From positions 79,217-143,216 of the forward strand of contig CBFHOE010000006.1 of NCBI GenBank assembly GCA_965657355.1: a stretch of DNA of 64,000 nucleotides. Reading direction: 5' to 3'. Under the pieces are notes generated by a model that saw only the letters and a list, made by a program, of their open reading frames with translations, was not told where the DNA came from and ran no database searches. The translations under genes were made by a program, and so were the position numbers. Shown in pieces: positions 51,983 through 61,915 of this stretch (positions are counted from its first letter, which is position 1; the number at the start of each line of letters is the position of its first letter). This stretch comes from Limisphaerales bacterium. GTDB lineage: Bacteria > Verrucomicrobiota > Verrucomicrobiia > Limisphaerales > JAJOIW01.

Positions 51983-53041
51983 ATGAGTGGTCAGGACGAA
52001 CTTTTTTCTGAGTTTCCCAAGGAGGAAACTCCCAACAAACACAAAGGACGGGAAATCCTCCCAGTTAAGGTGAAGCAGGTTGAGTTTTCGCTCATTCATG
52101 AGCCAGGTTATGATCTGGTTCCTTCCTGTATTGCTTCTGCCGGCGATAAGGCCTCTTACCGGTTCCTGGAATTCTTCGCTGCTCAGATTCGGAATAAAAA
52201 CACACGACGAGCCTACTACCGAAACGCTCTTCATTTCTTTTCCTGGAGTGATCATCGGAATCTAGAAATTGATCAAATCACCTCAATGCATGTGGCTGCA
52301 TATGTAGAGGAAATATCACAGGACCTTTCAAGCCCCTCAGTGAAACAGAACCTAGCTACTATACGAATGCTGTTTGATTACCTCGTTATAGGTCAGATCG
52401 TCCCTATTAATCCTGCCGCAGCTGTTCGAGGTCCTAAACATGTTGTTAAGAAAGGTAAGACTCCTGTCTTATCTGAAGAGGAAGCCAAGGATCTTTTGGC
52501 GTCTATTGATTGTTCTACTGTGGTTGGATTAAGGGACAGAGCGTTAATTGGTATCATGCTCTACACCTTCGGACGAGTTGAAGCGGTCTTGGGAATGGAT
52601 TGTGATCAGTATTATATCGAAGGACGACGAGGATGGGTCAGACTACATGAGAAAGGGAATAAAATCGTTACCATGCCTTGTCATCACAAACTGGAAGAGT
52701 TCTTGGATGCTTATTTGGAAAAGGCTGGCTTTTCAGAAAGGCCAAAGAAGGTGCCATTATTTCAGACCGTTCGTGGACGATCCTGTAAGTTCACCGGGAA
52801 CCGGATGAAACAATGTGATGCCTGGAGGATGATTCGGAGACGAGCAAAAACTGTTGGGATAATGAGCCTGATTGGGAATCATTCTTTCAGAGCGACTGGT
52901 ATTACAAATTACCTACAGAACGGAGGGAAGATTGAAACTGCGCAGCAAATGGCTGGACATGAATCTTCCCGAACGACTGGGCTTTATGATCGAAGAAGTG
53001 ATGAGTTGAGTCTGGATGAGATTGAAAGAATTTCAATCTAG
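51983..53041 (+). CDS. Tyrosine recombinase/integrase (XerC/D-like, plasmid/transposon resolvase type)
   Basis: SAM-like N-domain (RNKNTRRAY); RDRAL..GR, HEKG, HSFR, GH, LY catalytic residues intact. Confidence 0.93.
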   Translation: MSGQDELFSEFPKEETPNKHKGREILPVKVKQVEFSLIHEPGYDLVPSCIASAGDKASYRFLEFFAAQIRNKNTRRAYYRNALHFFSWSDHRNLEIDQITSMHVAAYVEEISQDLSSPSVKQNLATIRMLFDYLVIGQIVPINPAAAVRGPKHVVKKGKTPVLSEEEAKDLLASIDCSTVVGLRDRALIGIMLYTFGRVEAVLGMDCDQYYIEGRRGWVRLHEKGNKIVTMPCHHKLEEFLDAYLEKAGFSERPKKVPLFQTVRGRSCKFTGNRMKQCDAWRMIRRRAKTVGIMSLIGNHSFRATGITNYLQNGGKIETAQQMAGHESSRTTGLYDRRSDELSLDEIERISI

Positions 53042-53059
53042 CGGTTAGCTCAGAGCACT

Positions 53060-53632
53060 TTATAATTCACAGTTAGGATCGTCATCTTCAGGAGGGTTTT
53101 TATACCTTTGATAATAACTAGAGCTTATAATTATTGGAATTAGCTCAATAAATTTACTTTTGTGTTCAAGAACAAATTTAATTAGTTTACGATCGATTGT
53201 TTCAGTATTCTCATAAAAATCGTCCTCTTCTTTTTCTAACATCTCCTTTAGAGATTTGTTTTTTTGTTCCGAAATATTTTTATATGGATCCTTCCGTTCT
53301 TCAGAACTGGTGTTATCCAATAATAGCTTAACTGGCCCGACGAATTCAGTGATACCCAAATAATCCAAATGTGTAAGTAACTGATCAAGGTATGGGGTAT
53401 AGATCAAAGCTTCTAAACCAGTAGAATGCGTAAATTGTATGGTTCGTGATACAGCAGCAAAAAGAAAAAGATCCTTGTCAACACTTACCCCTATTTCTTC
53501 TTCTAATTCCGTAATATCTAAGCAAGAGCACAGATGGTCTGCTTCATACATATCTAAGATTGCGGATGATACAACATCGATGAAACGGTCTGAAGGCATC
53601 TCATCAATGAGATGTTCTAAATTTTCACTCAT
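53060..53632 (-). CDS. Acidic hypothetical protein, DUF4375/DMP19-like putative immunity protein
   Basis: GLEALIY...L..LG...EDDFYE..E.IDRKLIKFV.EH..F pattern; highly acidic. Confidence 0.5.
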   Translation of the reverse strand: MSENLEHLIDEMPSDRFIDVVSSAILDMYEADHLCSCLDITELEEEIGVSVDKDLFLFAAVSRTIQFTHSTGLEALIYTPYLDQLLTHLDYLGITEFVGPVKLLLDNTSSEERKDPYKNISEQKNKSLKEMLEKEEDDFYENTETIDRKLIKFVLEHKSKFIELIPIIISSSYYQRYKNPPEDDDPNCEL

Positions 53633-53640
53633 ATTAATCC

Positions 53641-54054
53641 TTATCTAATAGGAAGCTTACCCCATTGAATAACCGATACGATGGGGCTTCCTCCTGAAAT
53701 ATTATTGATAGACATAATTAAATCCAATTCGTTGCTATCAGTGGGGTTCGCAATCCATGCTTCGGCATTTGCTCTGAATTCATCCCCAATAGCATTGCCG
53801 TCGACTGCCATCGCCACAGCTCCTATAATTGCCATTTTTGATCCTGAGTTTTTACACCATTTTTTAAAAGCTTGTTTGAATTTTTTTCTATCTTCATAAG
53901 ACCACACTTTATTACTGCGTTCTGTCTGGTAGTCCATTTCTTGTTTCACAGCACAATTGTATTTCCCAATTATCGTTCTCATATCGCTCAAAGACCAACC
54001 CTCGGGATAGAGCTTTTGTTTGTTCCTCTGCGACCAGTATATGGTTATATCCAC
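53641..54054 (-). CDS. Hypothetical protein, possibly an orphan C-terminal tip of a polymorphic toxin
   Basis: GTG-started 137-aa ORF 8 bp upstream of the immunity-like gene; basic segment followed by a hydrophobic segment; 5' end overlapped by another frame. Confidence 0.35.
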   Translation of the reverse strand: MDITIYWSQRNKQKLYPEGWSLSDMRTIIGKYNCAVKQEMDYQTERSNKVWSYEDRKKFKQAFKKWCKNSGSKMAIIGAVAMAVDGNAIGDEFRANAEAWIANPTDSNELDLIMSINNISGGSPIVSVIQWGKLPIR

Positions 54055-54285
54055 AGGATAAAAATAAGCCTAAAGTTAAAAAATTAATAAACTGAGTTAG
54101 ATGAGGTTTTTTGTTCTGCATACCTATATCTTAATTAATCATATTTTTGAAAGTTCAGCTCTTGATACGGTCAAGATGTTCAGCTCGTGTTTCAGAAGCC
54201 AGGCGAATAGTTTGTAAGGAATACTGGAGCAGATGAGGCTATTTGTCAGCTTGAATATTAAGTGGCAAGATCATGAGAATTTAAT

Positions 54286-54319
54286 AAAAAAGAGCCACCA
54301 TCCGCATGGAAGGTGACTC
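54286..54319 (-). terminator. Intrinsic terminator
   Basis: Minus strand GAGTCACCTTCC-ATGC-GGATGGTGGCTC followed by TTTTTT. Confidence 0.6.
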
Positions 54320-54353
54320 AAACCTATTTAAACAACCAACTAACAATAGTAGC

Positions 54354-54584
54354 TTATTCTCGATTCCAGTTGGTGATCTGGAATGATGAATTGTATTTAC
54401 TAATCGAATCTGACCTCGAGATGCGGGTTTGATGACCATTGCGGACCAGGCAAGGGCTCAAATTACGAAATGTTTCGAATCGCACACCTCGACACCACGA
54501 TTCAGGATCATTCTCGATGGATCCTTTTTTTCTTCGATAATTGTCGAGCAGCATGGCTACCTTGTGTGTAATTAAACTTTTCAT
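54354..54584 (-). CDS. Small hypothetical protein
   Basis: 76-aa ATG ORF followed by a terminator; no motif recognised. Confidence 0.35.
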   Translation of the reverse strand: MKSLITHKVAMLLDNYRRKKGSIENDPESWCRGVRFETFRNLSPCLVRNGHQTRISRSDSISKYNSSFQITNWNRE

Positions 54585-54884
54585 TTCTGCATCTTTTAGC
54601 CGTTTTAACTATCTAATATAACACAAGCTTGAGATTCTATCGACGCCCAAGCTTGGAAACTGTTATTACATAAGGATACCGGCAATTTCCCAGACTCTTT
54701 CACAATATTTTTGATCGTTCTTCTTCAATGATTTTAAAAACAAGAAATTTAGGATTATTGTTTTGTAAAAAATGAAACTCGTCTCGCTTACGATGGCGGT
54801 TGGAACGTTATTGTGGATAGGAAATGTTTTGAGCATTTTAACGTTTAATTTTTTGCCTTAAGCGTCGAAAGAGGCCTTTGATCA

Positions 54885-55904
54885 TTAGGGGTTTCCCGAA
54901 AAGAAATGAAAAGCTCCTGAAACATCTCCCTCATGTCCCCCATCGAAAATAGTCACAGTAGCGTTTCCTGCCTTACGATAGAAAAGGACCTTTTTCTTTC
55001 TGCCCATAAATCCTTTCCCATTGTGTACAAAGTTTCGCGGAACGTGCCGGTTACCCACGATGTGCGCAAGTAATTCTTGTGAAATTTTGTTCTGAGATTG
55101 GTTATTGGCTTCAGCTAATTCATTAAATGCTAATAGGGTGTGCGATACTGGCACGGAGCCATCGTAGCCATCATTAATTCCTGCATTAATCTGTATTCTC
55201 ACTTCGGAGAGGGCTGTTCGAGATAAAAAATTTAGAGGCGATCGTTTATAATAGTTATTATCGACCTTTTTATTTGCGCCAGGTTTGCCCCCACATACCA
55301 ATTCTAAATCTTTATAATATTTGCGGCCTGATATGCGGCATTGTTCATGCCAAGCGGCCAGGTCCGTAATTGGAACCCAGCTCGATACTCCATTCCATAG
55401 CTCAGGGTGCCTCGCCACCATCATTAATGCCATATGTCCTCCTCCAGAAACTCCGTATAAATATATTTTTTTAGAGTCTATATTCCAACAACTCTTCATA
55501 TAATGCACAGCGTCGAGAACATCCCGGATAGCTAAATCACTGGCACAGGCTTCTGGTCTTTTATTCGGACCTCGAAAATCAGGCATCACCATCGCCCACC
55601 CTTTTTTGGAGCACTCATTAAGAACCGAAACCATTCCAGGAACAGGCCCTCCACCGAATTTATTTTGCCGATAATTACCAGACCAAGTGTGAAGCACCAC
55701 AATCAATGGCATGGGAGATTTTGATCCGCCTTTTGGTATCCATATGCGCGCTTTCTGTGTGGATTGAGATTTACTCTCCGGAATATCGACTTCTCGAATC
55801 TGGGTAAAAATGGGTTTTTCTTCAAATCCGCCCTCCTGGCCAATTATTCTGCAGGGTATGATTATTGAAAAAATGATGAGTATATGAATAAAAATGAATG
55901 CCAT
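54885..55904 (-). CDS. Secreted alpha/beta hydrolase (S9 peptidase/esterase-like); start likely ATG 55904
   Basis: PLIVVLHTWS, PDFRG, nucleophile GVSGGG, NDG..GSVP, FDGGHE. Confidence 0.85.
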   Translation of the reverse strand: MAFIFIHILIIFSIIIPCRIIGQEGGFEEKPIFTQIREVDIPESKSQSTQKARIWIPKGGSKSPMPLIVVLHTWSGNYRQNKFGGGPVPGMVSVLNECSKKGWAMVMPDFRGPNKRPEACASDLAIRDVLDAVHYMKSCWNIDSKKIYLYGVSGGGHMALMMVARHPELWNGVSSWVPITDLAAWHEQCRISGRKYYKDLELVCGGKPGANKKVDNNYYKRSPLNFLSRTALSEVRIQINAGINDGYDGSVPVSHTLLAFNELAEANNQSQNKISQELLAHIVGNRHVPRNFVHNGKGFMGRKKKVLFYRKAGNATVTIFDGGHEGDVSGAFHFFSGNP

Positions 55905-56083
55905 TTCGCTTTTTGGAATTATAAAATTGTAACGATTTTGAAGGTTCAATTCGAAATAATTAAGAAAAGTTAAAATATCTTGAAAGGTATCCTAACCACC
56001 AAGGTATTCCTTCATGTCAGTGGTGATCACTGGCTAAGTTATAACCGAAACAATAAATTAATAGACCTGGACCTATCCAAATG

Positions 56084-56117
56084 AAAAAACCCCGCTGAGT
56101 GGCGGGGCTTTTTTTTT
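56084..56117. terminator. Strong terminator-like hairpin
   Basis: A6-CCCCGC-TGAGTG-GCGGGG-C-T9. Confidence 0.7.
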
Positions 56118-56203
56118 GGTTTCACGCCCGCCAAACGGAGGCCCTATATATCGTCTTAAATACTAATGGTTTTAAAAATCTGATGGCGACCAAAAGGCTG
56201 CAT

Positions 56204-56230
56204 AAAAAAACCGGGACATTTCCCGGTTTT
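56204..56230 (-). terminator. Intrinsic terminator of the cytochrome c gene
   Basis: AAAACCGGGA-CATT-TCCCGGTTTT with an A7 flank (T7 on the minus strand). Confidence 0.8.
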
Positions 56231-56257
56231 AGAAATTCTTAGATGAGAAAGTGTTTA

Positions 56258-56755
56258 TTAGTCTTTTTTAAGAATTTTGACGTCTTTTGGCCACACGGCG
56301 CCCTGATCGATCCAAGTTCGGATTAACGAGACCTGCTTTTGCGTTAACTTCTTATATTTTTCACGCTTGCTCACTAATGGCATCCAATAATCTTCGCCTG
56401 CATCATCGTCTCCATAGGCAGTGATAGCATCTGAGATCATGTAAACCAGTGGACTTTTATCAGATTTTTTCAAAATGATTGCCTTTAACTCGCTTCGTCC
56501 GCCTTTAATGGTCTTTTCCCTTGTGGACATGGAGTATTTCCCTTTAGGACGCCTCATATTATCGGCATGACAATTAATGCATGCTTTTTCAAATATAGGT
56601 TTGATTTCTTTGACAAAATCGATCTTCTTATCGGTTTTGAGTGGGGCTGGGATTTTCGACTTGTCCACCTTGTATTCATCTAATGCGAGGAGGCTACTGG
56701 AACTGAGTATCACCATCGAAATAGTGAGTAACATGATATTCGTGATCTTTTTCAT
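56258..56755 (-). CDS. Secreted planctomycete-type cytochrome c domain protein
   Basis: Signal peptide; IDFVKEIKPIF..ACINCH (CxxCH), MP distal ligand, IRTWIDQGA. Confidence 0.88.
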   Translation of the reverse strand: MKKITNIMLLTISMVILSSSSLLALDEYKVDKSKIPAPLKTDKKIDFVKEIKPIFEKACINCHADNMRRPKGKYSMSTREKTIKGGRSELKAIILKKSDKSPLVYMISDAITAYGDDDAGEDYWMPLVSKREKYKKLTQKQVSLIRTWIDQGAVWPKDVKILKKD

Positions 56756-56850
56756 ATCCGTATTGTAGTTTGATTAATATTCTAATTATGGATTGGATGG
56801 CCCTGGAAACAAATAAATTCACTGAAAATGCGACAATTTTGTAATCGAAT

Positions 56851-56881
56851 AAAAAAATCCGAGCGAAAAGTCGCCCGGATT
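56851..56881 (-). terminator. Intrinsic terminator of the sugar-enzyme operon
   Basis: AATCCGAGCGA-AAAG-TCGCCCGGATT with a T7 tract on the minus strand. Confidence 0.75.
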
Positions 56882-56914
56882 ATCACAAAATAAGAAAATC
56901 TAATCGATTTTTAA

Positions 56915-58072
56915 CTATTTAGAGAACTTAACGTCTGTCCAATTTCCAGTTTGAGCAGAATTGAGAACAGCATCGCAAACATATTGAGTGTTCAAAGCGT
57001 CCCTAAATGAGGGTCTTACAGGAGGATTTCCTGCTTCAAGAGATTTTAGAAATTCATAAACACCATGAACAAAACTGTGTTCATAACCAATTTGCAGGCC
57101 AGGTACCCACCAATTAGCCATATAAGGGTGATCTCCACCGTCAGTAACGTGGACATCTCTCCAACCTCGAACCTTAGCATCATCACCGTGATCAAAATAC
57201 TTCATACGATGAAGATCGTGAAGATCCCATGAGATTGAGCTGTTTTCTCCGTTGATTTCAAAAGTGTAAAGAGCCTTGTGACCACGGGCATACCGAGTGG
57301 ACTCAAAAAGTCCAAGTGATCCATTCTCAAAACGACACATGAAAGCACAGGCATCATCGATACCGACCTTTTCGACCTCTCCCGTAAGACTGTGCTTTCT
57401 TTCCTTTATAAAGGTTTCTGTCATTGCTGTTACCGATTTTACAGGCCCATTAATCCATATGGCCGTGTCTAAACAGTGCGCAAGGAGATCCCCTGTCACA
57501 CCAGAACCAGCTGCGTTAACGTCTAATCTCCACAGAGCCGCCCCTCCCTGAGGAAGCTCAGGATTAATGGTCCAATCCTGAAGAAAGTTAGCTCTGTAAT
57601 GAAAAATGCGACCTAGTTTCCCCTCTTCAACGATCTGCTTAGCCAAAGTGACGGCAGGAACAAATCGGTAATTATACCAGACCATGTTCGGCAAATCCTT
57701 TGCCTCTACAGCCGCTACCATTTTTTCTCCTTCCTCAGCCGTCATTGACAGTGGCTTTTCACAGAGAACCATCTTTCCTGCTTCGGCTGCAGCCAATGCT
57801 ATTTCAGCGTGCATGTTGTTCGGAGTGCAGATGTCGATAGCATCAATATCATCGCGCTCAATAAGCCGGCGCCAATCAGATTCCGTTGTCTCCCAACCCC
57901 ACTGATCAGCAAATTCCTTCAGTTGTTCCTGATTCCTGCCACAAGCAGCTTTTAGATGAGGTGTATACTCCGTATCAAAGAAATTTGAGACTTTGCGATA
58001 ACCATTGGAGTGTGTCCGACCCATAAAACCATAGCCAACTATTCCAATATTTAATTTTTTTTCTTTAGCCAT
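56915..58072 (-). CDS. Gfo/Idh/MocA family oxidoreductase
   Basis: [28 protein letters not shown]. Confidence 0.92.
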   Translation of the reverse strand: MAKEKKLNIGIVGYGFMGRTHSNGYRKVSNFFDTEYTPHLKAACGRNQEQLKEFADQWGWETTESDWRRLIERDDIDAIDICTPNNMHAEIALAAAEAGKMVLCEKPLSMTAEEGEKMVAAVEAKDLPNMVWYNYRFVPAVTLAKQIVEEGKLGRIFHYRANFLQDWTINPELPQGGAALWRLDVNAAGSGVTGDLLAHCLDTAIWINGPVKSVTAMTETFIKERKHSLTGEVEKVGIDDACAFMCRFENGSLGLFESTRYARGHKALYTFEINGENSSISWDLHDLHRMKYFDHGDDAKVRGWRDVHVTDGGDHPYMANWWVPGLQIGYEHSFVHGVYEFLKSLEAGNPPVRPSFRDALNTQYVCDAVLNSAQTGNWTDVKFSK

Positions 58073-58117
58073 TTTTTATAAAATTATTTTAATATTGTAT
58101 ATTAAGTAAATTATTTA

Positions 58118-59152
58118 CTATTCCCATCCTGCCGCATCTCGCACTTCAATCATTTTTCCGAGGATAGTATTCCAAGTTTGAGAGTTTTCCAAGGTGGCGT
58201 TAGGGAACATGCATCCATCCCAACAGATATGTTCAATACCTCTGCTGGTGCCATCTTTGAGCCAGTATTCGGAACATTTCACGATATCCAATTTTCCATT
58301 GGGGTCGTCTGCAGGACAATGCTTTCCTGTTTTGTCATGTGATCCAGCCCCGTGAACCTGGCCATCGTTTTGGGCGACGTGGAAATCGATTGTCCAAGGC
58401 CGAAGCTTATCCGTCATCTGCTCGTATGCAGCATAGAATTCCTCATCGCTGTATGGTTCTTTTAAAAGCGCGTGCTCCGGAGCATTATAACCCATCAGAT
58501 AGAGGTAAGTATGAGCGAGATCCGCCTGGAAACCAAGAGTGTCCGGCATACCCACTTCCTCGAGAAGGTCGAGCATATCCTTCCAGCTATGCATCCCGGC
58601 CCAACAAATTTCTCCTTCTGCAGCGAGCCTTTCACCGTGGTCAGCGGCTATTTTTGCAGCTTCGCGGAAGGTATTTGCTATTTTCTTAGTGTTTGCGGAT
58701 GGGTTTTCCCTCCATTTCTGAACTCCGAACTCGGCTGAATCAATTCTAATGACTCCATATTTGCGAATACCATGTTCGTTAAATATTCCAGCTATCCGAC
58801 AAGCCATCTTTACAGCGTCGAGAAATTTTCCTGTCGCTTCGCTCTCTCCCATCGCTGAATCACCGATTGTCCCGGGCCAAACTGGCGCTACCAAAGAGCC
58901 AACTGAAAATCCCTTACCCTGTATTAAATCTGCTATGGATTTCAACTCTTCATCACTGGCTTCCGGGTTTGTGTGTGGCAGAAATAAAAAGTAATCAATG
59001 CCATCAAACTTTTGCCCATTGACTTCGGCTGCTGCAGTGAGGTCGAGCATGCGCTCGAGACTAATAGGAGGTTCCTGGCCTTCGTCCGTACCTTTGCCAA
59101 CTAATCCAGGCCACATCGCATTGTGAAGCTTTGGTAATTTTTTTGTACTCAT
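58118..59152 (-). CDS. Sugar phosphate isomerase/epimerase (xylose-isomerase-like TIM barrel)
   Basis: [23 protein letters not shown] metal-binding pattern. Confidence 0.8.
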   Translation of the reverse strand: MSTKKLPKLHNAMWPGLVGKGTDEGQEPPISLERMLDLTAAAEVNGQKFDGIDYFLFLPHTNPEASDEELKSIADLIQGKGFSVGSLVAPVWPGTIGDSAMGESEATGKFLDAVKMACRIAGIFNEHGIRKYGVIRIDSAEFGVQKWRENPSANTKKIANTFREAAKIAADHGERLAAEGEICWAGMHSWKDMLDLLEEVGMPDTLGFQADLAHTYLYLMGYNAPEHALLKEPYSDEEFYAAYEQMTDKLRPWTIDFHVAQNDGQVHGAGSHDKTGKHCPADDPNGKLDIVKCSEYWLKDGTSRGIEHICWDGCMFPNATLENSQTWNTILGKMIEVRDAAGWE

Positions 59153-59197
59153 ATTATATGTTATTAATTAATCGTTTTAGTAAATTAGATATTCAAG

Positions 59198-60457
59198 TTA
59201 ATGAATCCTATTAATTTCTGGAGCTTGAGGGTTTACGTCCGGGCCAAAGTATCTGAGGACGACAAGTGGGTCGGTTTTTGAAGTATTTTCAAAAGTCACG
59301 CCAGATTTCGCAGCGGTTTCAGTGGCAAAGACCTCATCCTGGGTTAACTGGTTAAAACGAATAAGATCGGGGCAATCAATATTTAACTTATTCATTCTTC
59401 CCTTTCCTTGAACAACGACAAGGCCATAAGCACCGTTGTCTTTGATGGTGCATTTTTGACCTGGATCAACAGTTAATTCTTTGGCTGTAAAATACTGGAA
59501 ACCTTTCATCGTTCCGTAAACGATCCAGCGATCGACATATCCTTCAGATGCTGAATCGCCGATAGGAATTGGCTCCAGATAGTGGTTTTGCTTGAAGTGT
59601 GGATCAACATTGCCCTCCCAATCCAACTGATTGACGATGAAATCAAGGTCCTGGTGCTTATCTCGAGGCATGTCTTTCACCAAAAGGTCCCAAGGGACTC
59701 GCCTGCCTTCAACCAAGGACTGAAACATTCCAAAAACATCAGATCCCCATTGTGGCTCATAGGTGCAGAGAGACCCGGGAGCGTGAAGTATGCAGGGATC
59801 GATAAGCCAACCGGTTCCAACTTTGAGTCTATATGCTCGTGAGAGATCCAGGATGCCGTTATCTCCTTTGTTCCAATTTTCGAGACATTTCCTGACCTGC
59901 TCTTTGGTTGTTCCGGGCTCAAGCCCCATAAATGTATATGGAAAATTGTTCCCTACGTTATTGTGTTGCGGGGGAAAATAATAAGACTCCGGTTTGCATT
60001 CTTGCCCTACCAATGCAGCTTGCTCGGCGTTTTGGTGCATGTGGTGTGGAATTGGTCCCATGTTGTCGAAAAACTTCGCAAATACGGGCCATTTTGAATA
60101 TTTCCTCCAAATGGCTTCCCCGATGAGTTGTGCTCCGCATTCGGCTACTGCGGATTGGAGGGTAAACCGTTCATTGCCATGAATGACATAGCTTAAGCCC
60201 TCATCCGGCTCCCTGTTCTCATTGGCTGCTGGTATGGTTGAGGCAAACCAGCGTTCATCGATACCACCCCTGTGCAGTCCATAAGAGTACAGATCATCCG
60301 GGTGTAATTTCAGTCTCCTACCGGGTTGCAGAAAGGATCTTGGGACCCAGCAAGGGGCCAAACGCAAAAGCCCGTCAGATTCTTGAAGAGCGGCATCGAC
60401 TTTGTCCTTTATCCGGCTTTCGATAGTCGATAATTCCTGAACCGTGCGAGCTTTCAT
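59198..60457 (-). CDS. Cupin-fold protein, class I mannose-6-phosphate-isomerase-like
   Basis: KFFD...PHHMH, KPESYY, LHAPG, YEPQ..SD. Confidence 0.7.
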   Translation of the reverse strand: MKARTVQELSTIESRIKDKVDAALQESDGLLRLAPCWVPRSFLQPGRRLKLHPDDLYSYGLHRGGIDERWFASTIPAANENREPDEGLSYVIHGNERFTLQSAVAECGAQLIGEAIWRKYSKWPVFAKFFDNMGPIPHHMHQNAEQAALVGQECKPESYYFPPQHNNVGNNFPYTFMGLEPGTTKEQVRKCLENWNKGDNGILDLSRAYRLKVGTGWLIDPCILHAPGSLCTYEPQWGSDVFGMFQSLVEGRRVPWDLLVKDMPRDKHQDLDFIVNQLDWEGNVDPHFKQNHYLEPIPIGDSASEGYVDRWIVYGTMKGFQYFTAKELTVDPGQKCTIKDNGAYGLVVVQGKGRMNKLNIDCPDLIRFNQLTQDEVFATETAAKSGVTFENTSKTDPLVVLRYFGPDVNPQAPEINRIH

Positions 60458-60623
60458 TCAATATAGATTTTTCACCCATTCTTCCAAAACCCATTTGGAA
60501 ACCAAATTGCCATCACCGGACAATTCTTAGTGGGTATGACATAGATTAGACAAATACTCAGATTTTTTCCACGCAATTTTGCAGTATTTTGGGGTCCTTT
60601 TGTTTCCCGAAATTTACCAAAAC

Positions 60624-60944
60624 CTAAATGGGTTTTGGGTTGTATTGGGTATGTGCTACATAATCTATTTCCTGGAATTCCATAACCTCATGCACCCAAA
60701 TATCCTCGACATAGGAGCAGTGGTCCGGGTGGTCGTTGTAAGCCTGGTATTCGTCATGGGAGTTAAAAACCATTGAAAAACCGAATTTAAAGTTACATTT
60801 GGGGCTTGTTTGGTTGAGAACCGAGAAATGATTCACGCCTGGAATGGCAGAAAGGATTTTGAAGCTTTTTTCAAAAAATTGGGCTTCTTCAATACTATTG
60901 ACGGGATGCTTTAGGTTGAAAAACACGCTGTGAACTATGGACAT
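60624..60944 (-). CDS. Dabb family (stress-responsive A/B barrel) protein
   Basis: IVHSVFF.LK, IPGV, Y.AYNDHPDH, EIDY. Confidence 0.85.
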   Translation of the reverse strand: MSIVHSVFFNLKHPVNSIEEAQFFEKSFKILSAIPGVNHFSVLNQTSPKCNFKFGFSMVFNSHDEYQAYNDHPDHCSYVEDIWVHEVMEFQEIDYVAHTQYNPKPI

Positions 60945-61133
60945 GGGGAATGAATTAAATGGGCAAAATTTCTAACAATCAACCCTCAAAGAATCAAATG
61001 TTCGCCCTGAGAAAATAGGGTAAAACAAATTAACATTAGGATATTGAAAATAGTTAATACTGACCGAATACTCTAAGTTAGGTATTTCTGTTTGCTTAAG
61101 TTGCGCGTGACAGGGTCGCTCGATGAGGGGGCC

Positions 61134-61162
61134 TTGACTGAAATATGGCGGACAGTTAATTT
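61134..61162 (+). promoter_or_regulatory. Putative sigma70 promoter of clpPX
   Basis: TTGACT-N17-TAATTT ending 26 bp upstream of the start. Confidence 0.45.
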
Positions 61163-61188
61163 TATCAAGTAATCGAAAATAAATAAAT

Positions 61189-61815
61189 ATGATGCAGAAT
61201 GTGTTAGTTCCCATGGTTGTCGAGCAAACTGGTCGCGGAGAGCGCGCCCAGGATATCTACTCACGTCTTTTAGAAGATCGGATTGTCTTTATGGGAACCG
61301 AAGTGAATGACCAAATTTCAAACTTAGTCGTAGCCCAGCTACTTTTCCTCCAAAGCAAAGACCCCAAAAAAGACATTCACCTCTATATTAACAGCCCAGG
61401 TGGCAGTGTGACATCCGGATTGGCCATCTATGACACCATGCAATACATATCTTGTGATGTGAACACCTATTGTATCGGGCAAGCAGCCTCTATGGGAGCT
61501 GTCCTATTGTGCGGAGGAGCAAAAGGGAAAAGATATTCATTGCCCAATTCTAATATAATGATTCACCAAGTACTTGGAGGAGCCCAAGGTCAGGCAAGTG
61601 ATGTTGAAATTCGAGTAAAGCACATGCTGGAGTTGAAAAGCCGACTCAACAATATCATTTCATCCCACACAGGCCAGGCAGTCGAACAAGTCGAACAAGA
61701 CTGTGACAGAGATAATTTCATGACTGCGCAGGAGGCGAAAGACTATGGTATTGTGGATCAAGTCGTGGATTTCCGAAAGGATGCCCACCCGCTAGCAGTA
61801 GAAGAAAAGTCTTAA
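61189..61815 (+). CDS. clpP: ATP-dependent Clp protease proteolytic subunit
   Basis: [37 protein letters not shown]. Confidence 0.97.
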   Translation: MMQNVLVPMVVEQTGRGERAQDIYSRLLEDRIVFMGTEVNDQISNLVVAQLLFLQSKDPKKDIHLYINSPGGSVTSGLAIYDTMQYISCDVNTYCIGQAASMGAVLLCGGAKGKRYSLPNSNIMIHQVLGGAQGQASDVEIRVKHMLELKSRLNNIISSHTGQAVEQVEQDCDRDNFMTAQEAKDYGIVDQVVDFRKDAHPLAVEEKS

Positions 61816-61915
61816 CCTAATATAATTGCCGTAAGCGGCAACAATATGCCGAATATATTGGAATGGTTTGGCTGTTTGAATCAACTCAACTCAGGATCAT
61901 CCGAAAGAAACTAAC

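Larger units (their letters stand above)
51696..54200. mobile_element. Small recombinase-associated island or remnant; boundaries approximate
   Basis: Integrase, dyad site, truncated host gene at the left edge, AT-rich cargo and gene fragments at the right. Confidence 0.5.

Noticed and set aside
53965..53985. Second copy of the recombinase core site (spacer-like CGTTCT)
   Set aside because: The flanking arms do not match GATAA/TTATC; the similarity is compatible with chance
60972..61264. Short minus-strand ORFs upstream of clpP
   Set aside because: No recognisable motifs; they overlap the clpP promoter and start
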